From Octopus bimaculoides (taxonomy: Eukaryota): DNA of 52,547 nucleotides. The stretch spans positions 83,918,203 to 83,970,749 of the forward strand of contig NC_068982.1 of NCBI RefSeq assembly GCF_001194135.2, given 5' to 3'. Below the pieces are notes generated by a model that was not told where the DNA came from, did no database searches, and saw only the letters and a list, made by a program, of their open reading frames with translations. How positions within the stretch are numbered: position 1 is the stretch's first letter; each line of letters begins with the position of its first letter. The position numbers and the translations under genes were made by a program. Positions 1-10,639 of the stretch are shown here, piece by piece.

Positions 1-460
1 CCTCCAGGCAATAACACAGGAATTCAAGATTGGATGCACCTGGGAGCTCCTATATGCTGATTACCTTGCCATAATTGCTGAGTCATTATCAGAACTAGAG
101 AAGTTTCAGGTGTGGAAGCAAGGACTAGAATCGAAGGGCCTTAGAGTCAACCTAGCTAAAACCAAAGTCCTAATAAGTAGCAAGGTAGACAAAACACAAG
201 CCCCTTCTGGTAGATGGCCCTGCTTGATCTGTAGAAAATGCATAGGTAAAAACTCCATAAGATATACCCAGTGTAAGCTATGGACACATAAGAGGTGCAG
301 CAATATCAAAGGAAGGCTAACTAGCAAGATAATTTTTGTATGTGGCAGATGCTCAGGAGCAATAAACACTGAAAATGTGCAGAAAACCACCTTTGCCACA
401 CTCCAGTGGGAAAAACCAGAATTAGTTGATAGCTTCCTCTATCTAGGTAACCCAGTAGCA
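1..460 (+). mobile_element. RTE-clade LINE fragment (RT C-terminal part with PHD-like finger)
   Basis: Reads LQAITQEFKIGCTWELLYADY (YADD motif), LRVNLAKTKVLIS, a Cys/His finger and VDSFLYLG; collinear with copies at 20.4-20.9 kb and 41.8-42.3 kb. Confidence 0.93.
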
Positions 461-535
461 TCAGTACCTGAAGTAATTTTAGACTGGTGTATAGACTAAA
501 CTAAACTATTCTTAACCTTTTGTACTTTTTGTCAG

Positions 536-617
536 GAACATTTTGAAGATAAAGGAAATATTAATAACAAGGTTATTGTCTCTGAAATCAATTCCAATAG
601 AATTAAGTTTATGTCAA
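536..617 (+). CDS. Candidate host-gene exon (EHFEDKGNINNKVIVSEINSNRIKFMS), phase 0 to 1
   Basis: Pyrimidine tract TTTTGTACTTTTTGTCAG acceptor and A/GTAATT donor at 618; open frame; end phase fits exon 8716. An alternative donor at 572 gives a 36-nt exon. Confidence 0.4.
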
Positions 618-665
618 GTAATTCTTAAATTAAAAACTCTGTATACCAGTGTAAAATTATTTCAG

Positions 666-776
666 GTACCGATGACTTTTTTTATATAGATTGTTCTTCT
701 TCTCAGTTATCTAAAAGAATTTCCAATCATTACTCTACATTTAGGGATAGGAATAAACGTAACAGTACAGGGCTTA
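666..776 (+). CDS. Weak candidate exon (GTDDFFYIDCSSSQLSKRISNHYSTFRDRNKRNSTGL), phase 1 to 1
   Basis: TTATTTCAG acceptor, open frame, three possible phase-1 donors (759, 765, 777). The upstream intron would be only 48 nt, so doubtful. Confidence 0.25.
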
Positions 777-1450
777 GTAAATTAATTTGATATCTAAAAG
801 ACCATAATAAACAATTTAATTTAGATTGGTTGATTCTCTCCATTTCGTTCCCTTACGATAAAAACAAGAAATTCTGCCTTCTCTGTAATTGTGAAGTATT
901 TTTTATTCTTTTTTTCACAAAATCCCCTTGTAAACACGGTTATAGAGCGTGCTTACCGATGTAAATATTGGCAGAAACACACCTTTAGTTTATATAAGTG
1001 ATATCTACCATTATATATAATTTAAATAGTGATTTTTTTCTTTCATTTCACTTCCACTAGATATATCTTGTTCCAAGACTTTAGGGTTTTATTTAATTTA
1101 CATAACATTATATACTTCTCATTTATTTGATTTTTGATTTTTTCTTTCCTTTACTCCTCCTCTTTCTATAGGCTATCTTTGACGTTATATCCTCTAACGT
1201 TTTTTTTTAAATAAAAACTTAATAGCGTTCAGTTCATCACTATACATATCCATCATATTCTGTTAAAATGTCTTATTGGCGAATTTTATTTCTTCATTTC
1301 CCTGAAGAGATTACATTGTTTTACACCATTTTATTCCTTTCAAATAATAGCAATGATATCTTCAAAACGTATCGAAAGTAAAAGAATTTGAATAACACCT
1401 GCATTTAACTTCATTTATTTATTTTCATATATATNNNNNNNNNNATATAT

Positions 1451-2835
1451 ATCAGTGTGCATACTCGACAGAGTGTTAGTACCTTGAGAGTAAAGTTGGA
1501 CCTAAGAAGCATCAGTTGAGGTGTGCAAGAAAGACGATTTTACTGGTATGGTCATTTGGCGAGAATGTATGAGGATAGCTGTGTGAAAAAGTGCCACAGC
1601 CTAGTGGTTGAGGGTACCTGTGGAAGAGGTAGACCCGGGAAGACTTGGGATGAGGTGGTGAAGCACAACCTTCAAACATTAGGCCTCACCGAGGCAATGA
1701 CTAGTGACCGAGACCTTTGGAAATATGCTGTGCATGAGAAGACCCAGCAAGACAAGTGAGACCTTAACCCGTGGCCTTTACCAGGGGTGTAGCCAGCCCA
1801 CTTATACATCCTTTCCTTCTTTAGACACAAATCTCTGCTTGCGAAGACCTGTTGAGGCAAGTGAAATCAAAATCGAAATCAAACCAAATTCGACGACCGG
1901 CACTCATGCCAACCTTCCTTCATTGGACACTAAACTCTGCTTGCGAAGACCTGTTGGGGCAAGTGAAATCGAAATGGAACCAAATACGATGACTGGCACC
2001 CGTGCCAGTGGAGCGCTAACAGCACCATCGGAGCGGGATTACTGCCAGAGCAGCTGTCTGGCTTCCGTGCCAGTGGCACGTAAAAAGCACCATTTGAGTG
2101 TGGTCGTTACCAGTGTCGCCTTACTGGCACTTGTGCTGGTGGCATATGAACAAAACATTCGAGCGATGTTGTTACCACTGCCGGTGGACTAACTCCTGTG
2201 CAGGTGGCACGTAAAACACCATTTGAGCCTGGCTGTTGCCAGTACCGGAAGACTGACCCTCATGCCGGTAGCACGTAAAAGCATCCACTACGCGCTCAGA
2301 GTGGTTGGTGTTAGGAAAGGCATCCAGCTGTAGAAATTCTGCCAGTGCGGGTGGCACATAAAATACACCATTTTGAGCATGGCCATCACCAGTACCGCCT
2401 GACTGGCCTTCGTAGGATTTTCGAGTGAGATCGTTGCCAGTGCCCCTGGACTGGCTCTTGTGCGGGTGGCACATAAAATACACCATTTTGAGCGTGACCG
2501 TCGCCAGTACCGCCTGACTGGCTTTCGTAGGATTTTCGAGCGAGACCGTTGCCAGCACCCCTGGACTGGCTCTTGTGCGGGTGGCACAGAAAATACATCA
2601 TTTTGAGTGTGGCCGTTGCCAGTACTAGCTGACTGGCCTTCCTGCGGGTGACACGTAAAAGCACCCACTACACTCTCTGAGTGGTTGGCGTTAGGAAGGG
2701 CATCCAGCTGTAGAAACTCTGCCAAATCAGATTGGAGCCTGGTGTTACCATCCGGTTTCACCAGTCCTCAGTCAAATCGTCCAACCCATGCTAGCATGGA
2801 AAGCGGACGTTAAACGATGATGATGATGATGATGA
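1451..2835 (+). mobile_element. RTE LINE 3' fragment with about 1.05-kb modular 3'UTR and (GAT)n tail
   Basis: ORF end RFYWYGHLARM...GRGRPGKTWDEVVKHNL; 3' end CCATGCTAGCATGGAAAGCGGACGTTAAAC followed by GATGATGAT. Confidence 0.93.
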
Positions 2836-2984
2836 CAAACACTCAGATACATGTATTTATGTATGTACTTGGCAAGATTTTTGATGTGAAATCATGTTGA
2901 AACAGATATTATGATTGACTCCTGTTTATGGAGTAAATAGGAGTAAACCTCTATGATATGGTGGGATAGACTCAAAGAATGGTT

Positions 2985-4330
2985 AGCTATGACCTCCATA
3001 GTCTTAACTATGTTTTCTCACTATGTTCACATCAACACAGTAACAAAAGCACCTCTATAAACAATATCTATGAAGAAGAAGCTAATACCATGGAGAGCAT
3101 CCAGCAAATAGCTTACTCCATCCACCATTGTATTAATATAACAGTAGTTTATCTTAGTAAGCACACTAATTACAGACTACCTGTTTTAGACCCAGAACTG
3201 TGGTCCAAATCTTCCATTCACGCTATGCCTAACACATAGCTACAAATATCTGGTCCACTGGTACACAGCAATGCTAAGTTCAATATCCTAATAGTGGTCT
3301 TGATAAGTGTCATGAGAAACGTGTCCCACATGTGTGACCCAATGGAATTAGAGAGGCACATACAGCATTTCATCCACTTCATGCAGTTCTCTAGGTACAG
3401 ACAAGGAGACATACAAAGATGCCATGGCAAAATTCAAGACCTTCATAGAGAATGATGACAGTGGTACCTGTCTGCCTTACAGGAGTAAATCATGGAATAG
3501 TATAGAAATGATTGAGAGAAAGATAGGTAACACCAACTCATGGTATGACAACCAAAAGTACCAGAATGTCATGTTCATCAATGCTATACCTGGAAGCAAC
3601 CTAGCGTATCATTTTAGAAAAGCCTTAAATAAGATGAATCTACAGACTATGGTAGTATAAAAGCGAGGAACACCCATAAAATCCCTAATCTGTAGAACCT
3701 CCTGTACAGGTAAAAAACTGTATAGTATGTAGAGTATGCCCACAGATAAGTTGTAAAACTCGGAATGTAGTATAGTATAAAGTGTACAGTGGGATGGTGC
3801 AGAAATAGGACAATGATGTGCATTGGAGAGACAGTATGTAACATAGGTGAGAGGATGAGGGAACTAAAGGAGGAGAAAAGCTTGCCAGTGCTATATACCA
3901 ACATGCTAAATTAGAGCATGTGGGCTCAGTAGATGTTCAGATCTTATTGACACATAGAACAGGCACAACATTCAGACAGATTATGGGATCCACACACATG
4001 GTAGAAAATAGACCAAGTCTCAGCAGAAAACATGAATGGAGTAATAACATCCCACCACTCCACCACACTATACAACTGGACAACTAAATACACTATAAGA
4101 AAAAATAAATAAAAGGCACAGGTACAAACAGTGTAATATACAAACCCATATACACACACATGCACATAGACATGCAGACACAGACATAAACACATGTGCA
4201 AATAGGGATACATACCACAGAAAGACAGAATGGAATAGACAGGACAAGACCAGAGAGAAGAGGATACACAAGGGACAGAAAGTCACCGAAGAGGTCACAG
4301 AATATGTGACAAAAGAACATTAACAAATAA
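2985..4330 (+). mobile_element. Degenerate Penelope-like element (RT thumb, linker, GIY-YIG) plus CA-rich 3' region
   Basis: Linker SWYDNQKYQNVMFINAIPGSNLAYHFRKAL, then decayed CIVCRVC..SCKTRNVV..CIGET..IGERM, homologous to the GIY-YIG ORF at 38341-38826. Confidence 0.75.
4286..4315 (+). other. Degenerate hammerhead-ribozyme-like motif
   Basis: CCGAAGAG-GTCACA-gaata-TGTGAC-AAAA resembles CUGANGA-stem II-GAAA; perfect 6-bp stem; lies 3' of a PLE ORF. The core carries substitutions. Confidence 0.35.
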
Positions 4331-4369
4331 ACTAATAATAATAGTAATAATAATCATAGCAGTAATAAT

Positions 4370-5335
4370 CTTATACAATTAGAAAACTATTATAAAATAA
4401 CCATAGGATAACAAAAATGCCTAATTTAGAAGTAATGAAAACTGGTACAAATATCCACAAAACACAAGCTAAACAAAAAATCTGTTTTCTGTCTTTAAGG
4501 AAGTTAAAAAATACTAGAAAGAAGTCATAGTAGCTGACAACTATGAAGAAAAAGTAGGAAACAAGAAAAGCTATAAAACAACTGAAATCGAAACTAAAAC
4601 TTGCACAACAAAGTATCATGATAAAATGATGACAAGAAAATCCTTTACATAGCAAATATTGCAATAAGCTAAACAGAAGAGAAATAAACAAAATAAAATC
4701 CCTACAATGGCTGAGAAGCTCAGGACTCAAAGCAGAGACTGAAGGATTTTTAATTACTGCACAAGATCAAAGCCTCCCCACCAGAAATCACCAGAAACAC
4801 ATAATAAAGAAAAATGCTAGTAACTGTAGAATATGTGGTGAGAATAGAAAAAAAGATGCTATAGACACACTCCAGAAAATGACAAAGCAACCATACTCTG
4901 GGATATACCAAATCACACAGATAGAGAAATCAAGGCTAATAGAACGGATATAGTTGCCAAAGATCACCAAGAAAAGAAATGCCTTCTAATTGATGTATCA
5001 ATATCAACATATGACAATGTATCTCTAAAAGAAATGGAGAAACTCTCAAAATACAAAGATCTGGAAATAGAAGTAACTTGAATGTGGAGCCTAAAAACAG
5101 AAACAATCTCTATAATGATAGGTGCATTAGGTATGATTAAAAACCATTCAGACAAATACATAGTCAAAGCACCAAGACTTGCTACTAGACACCATGCATA
5201 TCCTACGTAAAGCACTTTCAATGAAAATAAGAGCACCACAACAAACCACAGCACATACCCAAGGCACATAGAGCTGCGCTCGCTAGTGCAGTGAAAGCAG
5301 GTGATAAAAATAAAACTACTGAATAATAATAATAA
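4370..5335 (+). mobile_element. Dong/R4-clade non-LTR retrotransposon 3' fragment (restriction-like endonuclease)
   Basis: + strand reads SLQWLRSSGLKAETEGFLITAQDQSLPTRN, CRICG, ILWDIP..NRTDIV..LLIDVS..EKLSKYKDLEIE..IGALG; TAA repeats on both sides. Confidence 0.85.
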
Positions 5336-5389
5336 AGTGAAGATCAAATACATATTGTGTATTTATTGGCAAAAGATGACCATCCTTAA

Positions 5390-5434
<45 letters not shown>

Positions 5435-5879
5435 CTTAAAGTATAATGGACTTGTAAAACAAACTTAGCTCTTCAGGCTTAGGCCTTTAAATGGAGAAAG
5501 CTCAAGATGGCTACTGGAGACTAGGCTGCTAGTCAAAGCAGATCACATGTTGATATTAGTAGCCATATAATTATAATAGTGACATCAAATAGAGATAGAA
5601 ATTCTTATTTCTAGGACTGCATGGTTGGATGGATGTTGATGGCTCCTCATTGTCTAAATATGAAGAGAAAGTTACAACTGACATCAGTTGCTAATATGTA
5701 GGGGGTGTACTTATTGCATAAACACATGAATGTGCATATCTGGTGCATGTTTGTTTGCTGTGTGTGTGCGTGAGCTGGCAGCTTTATCTTATTGGTGGGT
5801 ATGTACATGTGTGCTTAGGTGCGTGTATCTAGTGTGTGTGTACATATGGGTGTGAGTGTGTACGTGTCAGTGTATGTGC

Positions 5880-6310
5880 ATCTATACATGTACATTGGTA
5901 TCTGATGTGTGTATACATGTGTGTGTGTGCAGGTATGTGCACATATACATGTACATTAATGTGTGTATCATGGGTGCAAACATGCCAACAAGTCAGCTAT
6001 GCATGCATATGCATATCTCTGTATTTGCATGTGTATGTATGTGTGCACATGTATCTGCATGAACAGGTACAGGTATGTTGACATCTGTTGTGTGTGTATA
6101 TGAATACTTCTGGTGTTTATGTATTTATGCATGTGTGAACATATGGGACTGGTGTGTCAGTATGTGTGGGTAGTGATGTGCTGATGTGTTGTATTTGGTG
6201 CCACACAGTGGTAACAGCATCATTGAACAGATAATCAGATATGTTGGATTAAAATTTGGATTTTCTTGGGGAAGGAAGAAAGAAAGGAAATCAATATACA
6301 TATACATGTA
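5880..6310. repeat. Left arm of an imperfect inverted repeat (TG-rich; probable PLE terminal region)
   Basis: Reverse complement aligns with 7245-7575, e.g. TATTGATTTC..TTCCCC..CCAAAT.TTAATC, GCACCAAATACAA.ACATCA, ACACCAGTCC.ATAT. Confidence 0.75.
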
Positions 6311-6419
6311 TGTATATATACACACACATATATATATAAAGACAATTATGGATAATTACAGAAAAGAATGAACCAATCAGTCTGTGGTTTGTGTGGGCAG
6401 TGGAGGTTAAGTGCTCTGC

Positions 6420-7130
6420 CCTTACTTATGAGGCAACCAGGTCTAAGGTTGTATATCTGAGTTGTTAGCAGTCAATGACTTGGAGTTCACCAGGAGGATG
6501 TACCGCTGAGGACAACAGTAAGACTGTTTGTTTTTCCTGCTAATGGTTACTGTAGATCAATGGGGAATAAGCAGTCTTTTGTGAAGGCACTGCTGGCAAT
6601 TTCGGATTCTGGGTGAGTAAAGTGAAGCCTTGATGATACTCCATTTAATGTTAGGGGAATCATTCTGGAGACTGTACAGTCTTCAGATAAAGAGGGACAA
6701 GGAGGTAGAGTTTTTCCTATCACTTCATTTGTGAGAATACACATGCTGTGTGTGTATATTGTCTCTTGAAATCATTGACCACCAAGTCAGTGTAGTGCCT
6801 TGTGATACTGTTGGATGGTGTGAGAGTGGGCTTGTAGACTACAGCCTTTCAGGAAGGTTTCTTCCAGATGGTGGCTGGTAAGGTTTTCATTGCAGCTTGG
6901 GTTTGGAGACTGTGTGTTTGTATCATGTGATATTAGAAGTGATGTTGTTTAAACAAGAGTAGTTTTCTTTGATGTTGTATGAGTTGAAAAGCTTATAGCG
7001 CTAATAGCTTCTTACAAAATGCTTCTTGATCAACAAGAAGGTCCTAGCTATGCTGGTTAAAACTTCTAGGTTACATAGGGGGTCGAACCAGGTTATCTTT
7101 CTCTTTCTGATTGTCTTCAGATGTGGGGCT
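6420..7130 (-). mobile_element. Degenerate Penelope-like element fragment (linker plus GIY-YIG)
   Basis: Minus strand reads RKITWFDP, KKHF, KLFNSYNIKENYSCLNNI, AVVYK..Y..L..DFKRQYTH, typical of the Penelope/Poseidon linker and endonuclease. Confidence 0.65.
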
Positions 7131-7244
7131 GTTGGGTCCTCTATATATATATCAACTTCTCAGTGCATCTGCTCCTTGCTAATTCCTCATTTTTATGAGG
7201 GGCAGCTCTGTTGAAGATCTATATCTACTGAAAGTTTATGTATA

Positions 7245-7575
7245 TATGTTTTTATTGATTTCTTTTCTTTCTTTCTTTCCCCAGTACCACCAAATCTTAA
7301 TCTAACAACAAATCTGGTTACTCCCATCAATGACAATGTTGTCACTACATAGCACCAAATACAAAACATCATTACACACACATACTCACACACCAGTCCT
7401 ATATACTAGATATGCTCACACATGCTTAAATACCACAGGTATGCATATACATATGCATACCAAATACATATGCATATACACAAAAGATACTAATGCACAT
7501 GTATACGCACACATTCTTCCCATACAAAATGTACACACGCACGTCAGATATCAATATACATGTATACACACACAA
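7245..7575. repeat. Right arm of the inverted repeat (CA-rich)
   Basis: Reverse-complement match to 5880-6310. Confidence 0.75.
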
Positions 7576-8715
7576 TTAATTGTTTTTTGTCTAGTTGCTG
7601 TATTGCCAGTTAGCATTTAAAAATTTAGTCTTTATTCATGTACACATTTTTTTCTATTCTGTGTATATTATCTTTTGTACAAGTTTACCTACATTCTTTA
7701 TTCCTATTAACAGCATTTCAGCCCTTCAATTTTCTGCAGATATCTTTCTGCATAATACTTCATTCTAGGCCTACATTCAATTTTAATGCATACTTTCCAA
7801 GGTGACTTATCTTTGCCAGTATTATGCCAGTATTATGCATACATAACACATTGTTCTTTTGCTTTATAATGATTATTGCTACCAATTTTTGGCATGAATA
7901 TTTCCATTTAAGAACATTTGTCTTTTTCTGCATTCTTTAGCTTCAAACCTGCACATACATTTTTCTATTGTTTTTGTCCACTTGTCTTCCAATGAACTCA
8001 CTGGCAGGGGAATACCTGTAGGTATGGTTAGCATTTGAAACCACGTCAGTCTTGTAATGGATGATATCCATGACATATCGGGTGATGCTAACCTACATTT
8101 CAGTCAATCATATTTCAGATGCATCTGCATGAATGCATGATTTGAATGGAAATTTCCACACAGTTTCCCACCAAAATATGGTCATGAATGAAGATACATG
8201 AGACATGCCAGGCAGAATTTCAAGAGAAGGTAGAGGATTCAAGAGGAGAGCAGATGTCTTCTTGATCAAACTATGCAAATCTTATGCTGAAAAAACTCTC
8301 TCGCCAGACATAACATTCTCATTTCTTGCCATACATAATATTCTCCTCACCTCTCATCAAACATAACATTTTCTCCTCTCACACACTAGCTGCTGGCTAT
8401 CAGCATAACAGCCTTTGGCAAGTAACCCTTGTAATATCAATATGGAAACAAATATGATTCATTAAAACTAAATATCATTGATTGGTTTTATGTGGGAGAA
8501 TCACATGGCCAGACCAAATAATACAGCTCCCAACCACCCACTACCACAGTTTTAACAATATTTACAATTGTCTATGTTGTAGACATTTTCTAGGCCTGTT
8601 TCATTCTCAATATTAACTGTGTCTTCCTGATAAAACATATTCTATAAACTATCCATTGCAGTCCATAATTTTTTCTAGCTATTTTGGTTTTCATCTATAT
8701 GATTTTATTTTCTAG

Positions 8716-8775
8716 ATGGTGATTCAGATAATGAAAGTGAAACATCCAGACCACTTCCTGAAATCCCTTCTCAGA
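8716..8775 (+). CDS. Host-gene exon, 60 nt, phase 1 to 1 (GDSDNESETSRPLPEIPSQ)
   Basis: TTTTATTTTCTAG acceptor; GT at 8776 (weak GTTGTA donor); open frame with RPLPEIP, a class I SH3-ligand-like motif; GC-richer than its flanks. Confidence 0.65.
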
Positions 8776-9639
8776 GTTGTATTTTTTATTTTTTCTTATA
8801 TTTTCTTTGACATATAATTTATCAATTATTTAGCAAAACATTGTTGTAACTTTTAAAATGTTTCAAATATTTAAACATACACCAGAACTTGTTATACAAA
8901 AAATTATCATGGAAGATAAAGGATTACTACTATTTGCTCATAAACAATATTTAGTATTATATTTTATATTTAATTTAAAGTGTTTATTTAAATCATATCT
9001 TTCTGACCCAACCTATTTTTTACATAATAAAATATAAGTTTCTAAATAGTCAAACATTACTGAATAATGTTTGATCATTTAGAGATTTGAGTTATGCTGT
9101 AAATTTCTTAATTGTTACTTTACTTTCCTTTTTTTTAGGCCAAAGGCAGACCTGCCTTCTTTGAAAAATCTAATTTTTTCGATAGTTAGCAATTTGATGA
9201 TGAATAATATATCTGACCTCCTTAGTTCCAAAAATTCTTTATTATTAAAAAGTTTGTTCAAGAGTTTTTTTCTTAAACATGTAACAATAGGATAAAGTGA
9301 AATGATCATTATATGAAAACAAACTAGTTAAAGATAGAGCTATTTGTTAACTATTTCAGCTATTTGTTAAAGATAGAGCTATTTGTTAACACCTGAACAT
9401 GACACATTCTCTTCAAATCTCTCAGAAAGTCATATTTCATCATATCTATTTTTTCCACCATAGTTCAAATTTGTTGATATTTTAAAAATCCTTTATTTCA
9501 TTTTACTTTCTAGGAAATTGAGCTTATTTTTTGCTATAGAACAACTATAGAATTTTTCCCATACAATGTAATTATTTCCTGTAGCTAGTTTTTAAAATGT
9601 TTCTTCACTCAATAATATTTAGTAGAAAAACACAGATAA

Positions 9640-9848
9640 TCTAATTTAATTTCGGTTTTGGATTTGGTTTGCTAAATTCTTAATGTGAGTTCGTGTGTTG
9701 AAGCATATTCTGTTGTGTCTAATGATAAGCCAGAAGACGCAACAAAAATTTTAGAAAAATAAAAAAGAAATAAGTAGAAATTTTACTGGTGAGTGTGTTA
9801 AATTATAAGGCACCAAAAGAGAATGACTTTCCAGAAACAACAGAATCT
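9640..9848. repeat. PLE-associated interspersed repeat with internal inversion
   Basis: Shares GTGTGTTGAAGCATATTCTGTTGTGTCT and AAATTATAAGGCAC..AGAGAATGACT with copies at 37670-37810 and 39772-39880. Confidence 0.7.
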
Positions 9849-9946
9849 AATTTTAAGTATTTATGAATGTAAAAACATTATATAGTCTGATTAGCTTGAT
9901 ATTTATGTATTTTATACTCTTACATATTTTAATTTATTACTTTCAG

Positions 9947-10009
9947 GAAAAACGCTACTTTCAAACATTAGTATTGACTCTGCCCTTATTCCTCCTCTAC
10001 CTTTCATTA
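9947..10009 (+). CDS. Host-gene exon, 63 nt, phase 1 to 1 (KTLLSNISIDSALIPPLPFI)
   Basis: TTTATTACTTTCAG acceptor, GTATGT donor at 10010, open symmetric frame. Confidence 0.75.
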
Positions 10010-10126
10010 GTATGTTGTTGTTTTTGTTGGTTTCGTATTAACCTTTCGCTTTAAATTGCTTACTCTTTAGTATTCATTCTTTTATTTTTTTTAAAATTGT
10101 AATGAGTAGTTTGTTGTTTTGACTAT

Positions 10127-10335
10127 TTATTAACTCTATACTTTAAAACTCAATCATTATTGAAATGCACACATCTGACAAATACATTTGTAAGCTTGAA
10201 GCAAATAGTTTAATGACAAGAATAGACAATTTAAAGTATAGAGTTAATAAGTGTTCTTGTCATTAAACTATCTGCTTCCCAGCTTACAAATGTATTTGTC
10301 AGATGTGTGCATTTCAATAATGATTGAGTTTTAAA
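10127..10335. repeat. Interleaved inverted repeat A-B-A'-B' forming an about 81-bp hairpin
   Basis: 10142-10222 pairs with 10254-10335 (few mismatches); 10127-10147 is the exact reverse complement of 10230-10250. Confidence 0.9.
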
Positions 10336-10639
10336 CATTTTTATACTACTTATACTGTGTTTTGCTTCCTAAGCCAATGTTATTGCTCTTTACTTATATT
10401 ATAGATCCCTGCTTTGCTCTGTTTTTCCTTTGTATGAAAATATTTACTGATTGATTTATATAACTAATAACATATATAATGTATTATAAGCACCATATCT
10501 GTTAGTTATGTCAGTCAACCAGTTGAAGGGTCCATAATTCTTATCCTATGACTGTTTCTTTTGAAATGATATTTAACTTTCAATGATTCAGTCCACTTAA
10601 ATGCATCCGTTTTAACATGTTTGCATAAGTCCTTGCATA

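Noticed and set aside
2389-2640. Regularly spaced palindromic repeats resembling a CRISPR array
   Set aside because: The intervening sequence is repeated too (115-bp tandem unit), the context is a eukaryotic LINE UTR, and there are no cas genes.
1704-2761. ORFs of 90-160 aa across the RTE 3'UTR
   Set aside because: Products of GC-rich tandem modules; frames are not conserved between copies.
7250-7290. Strong polypyrimidine acceptor (TTTCTTTCTTTCCCCAG)
   Set aside because: Part of the inverted-repeat arm; no matching donor or open frame found.
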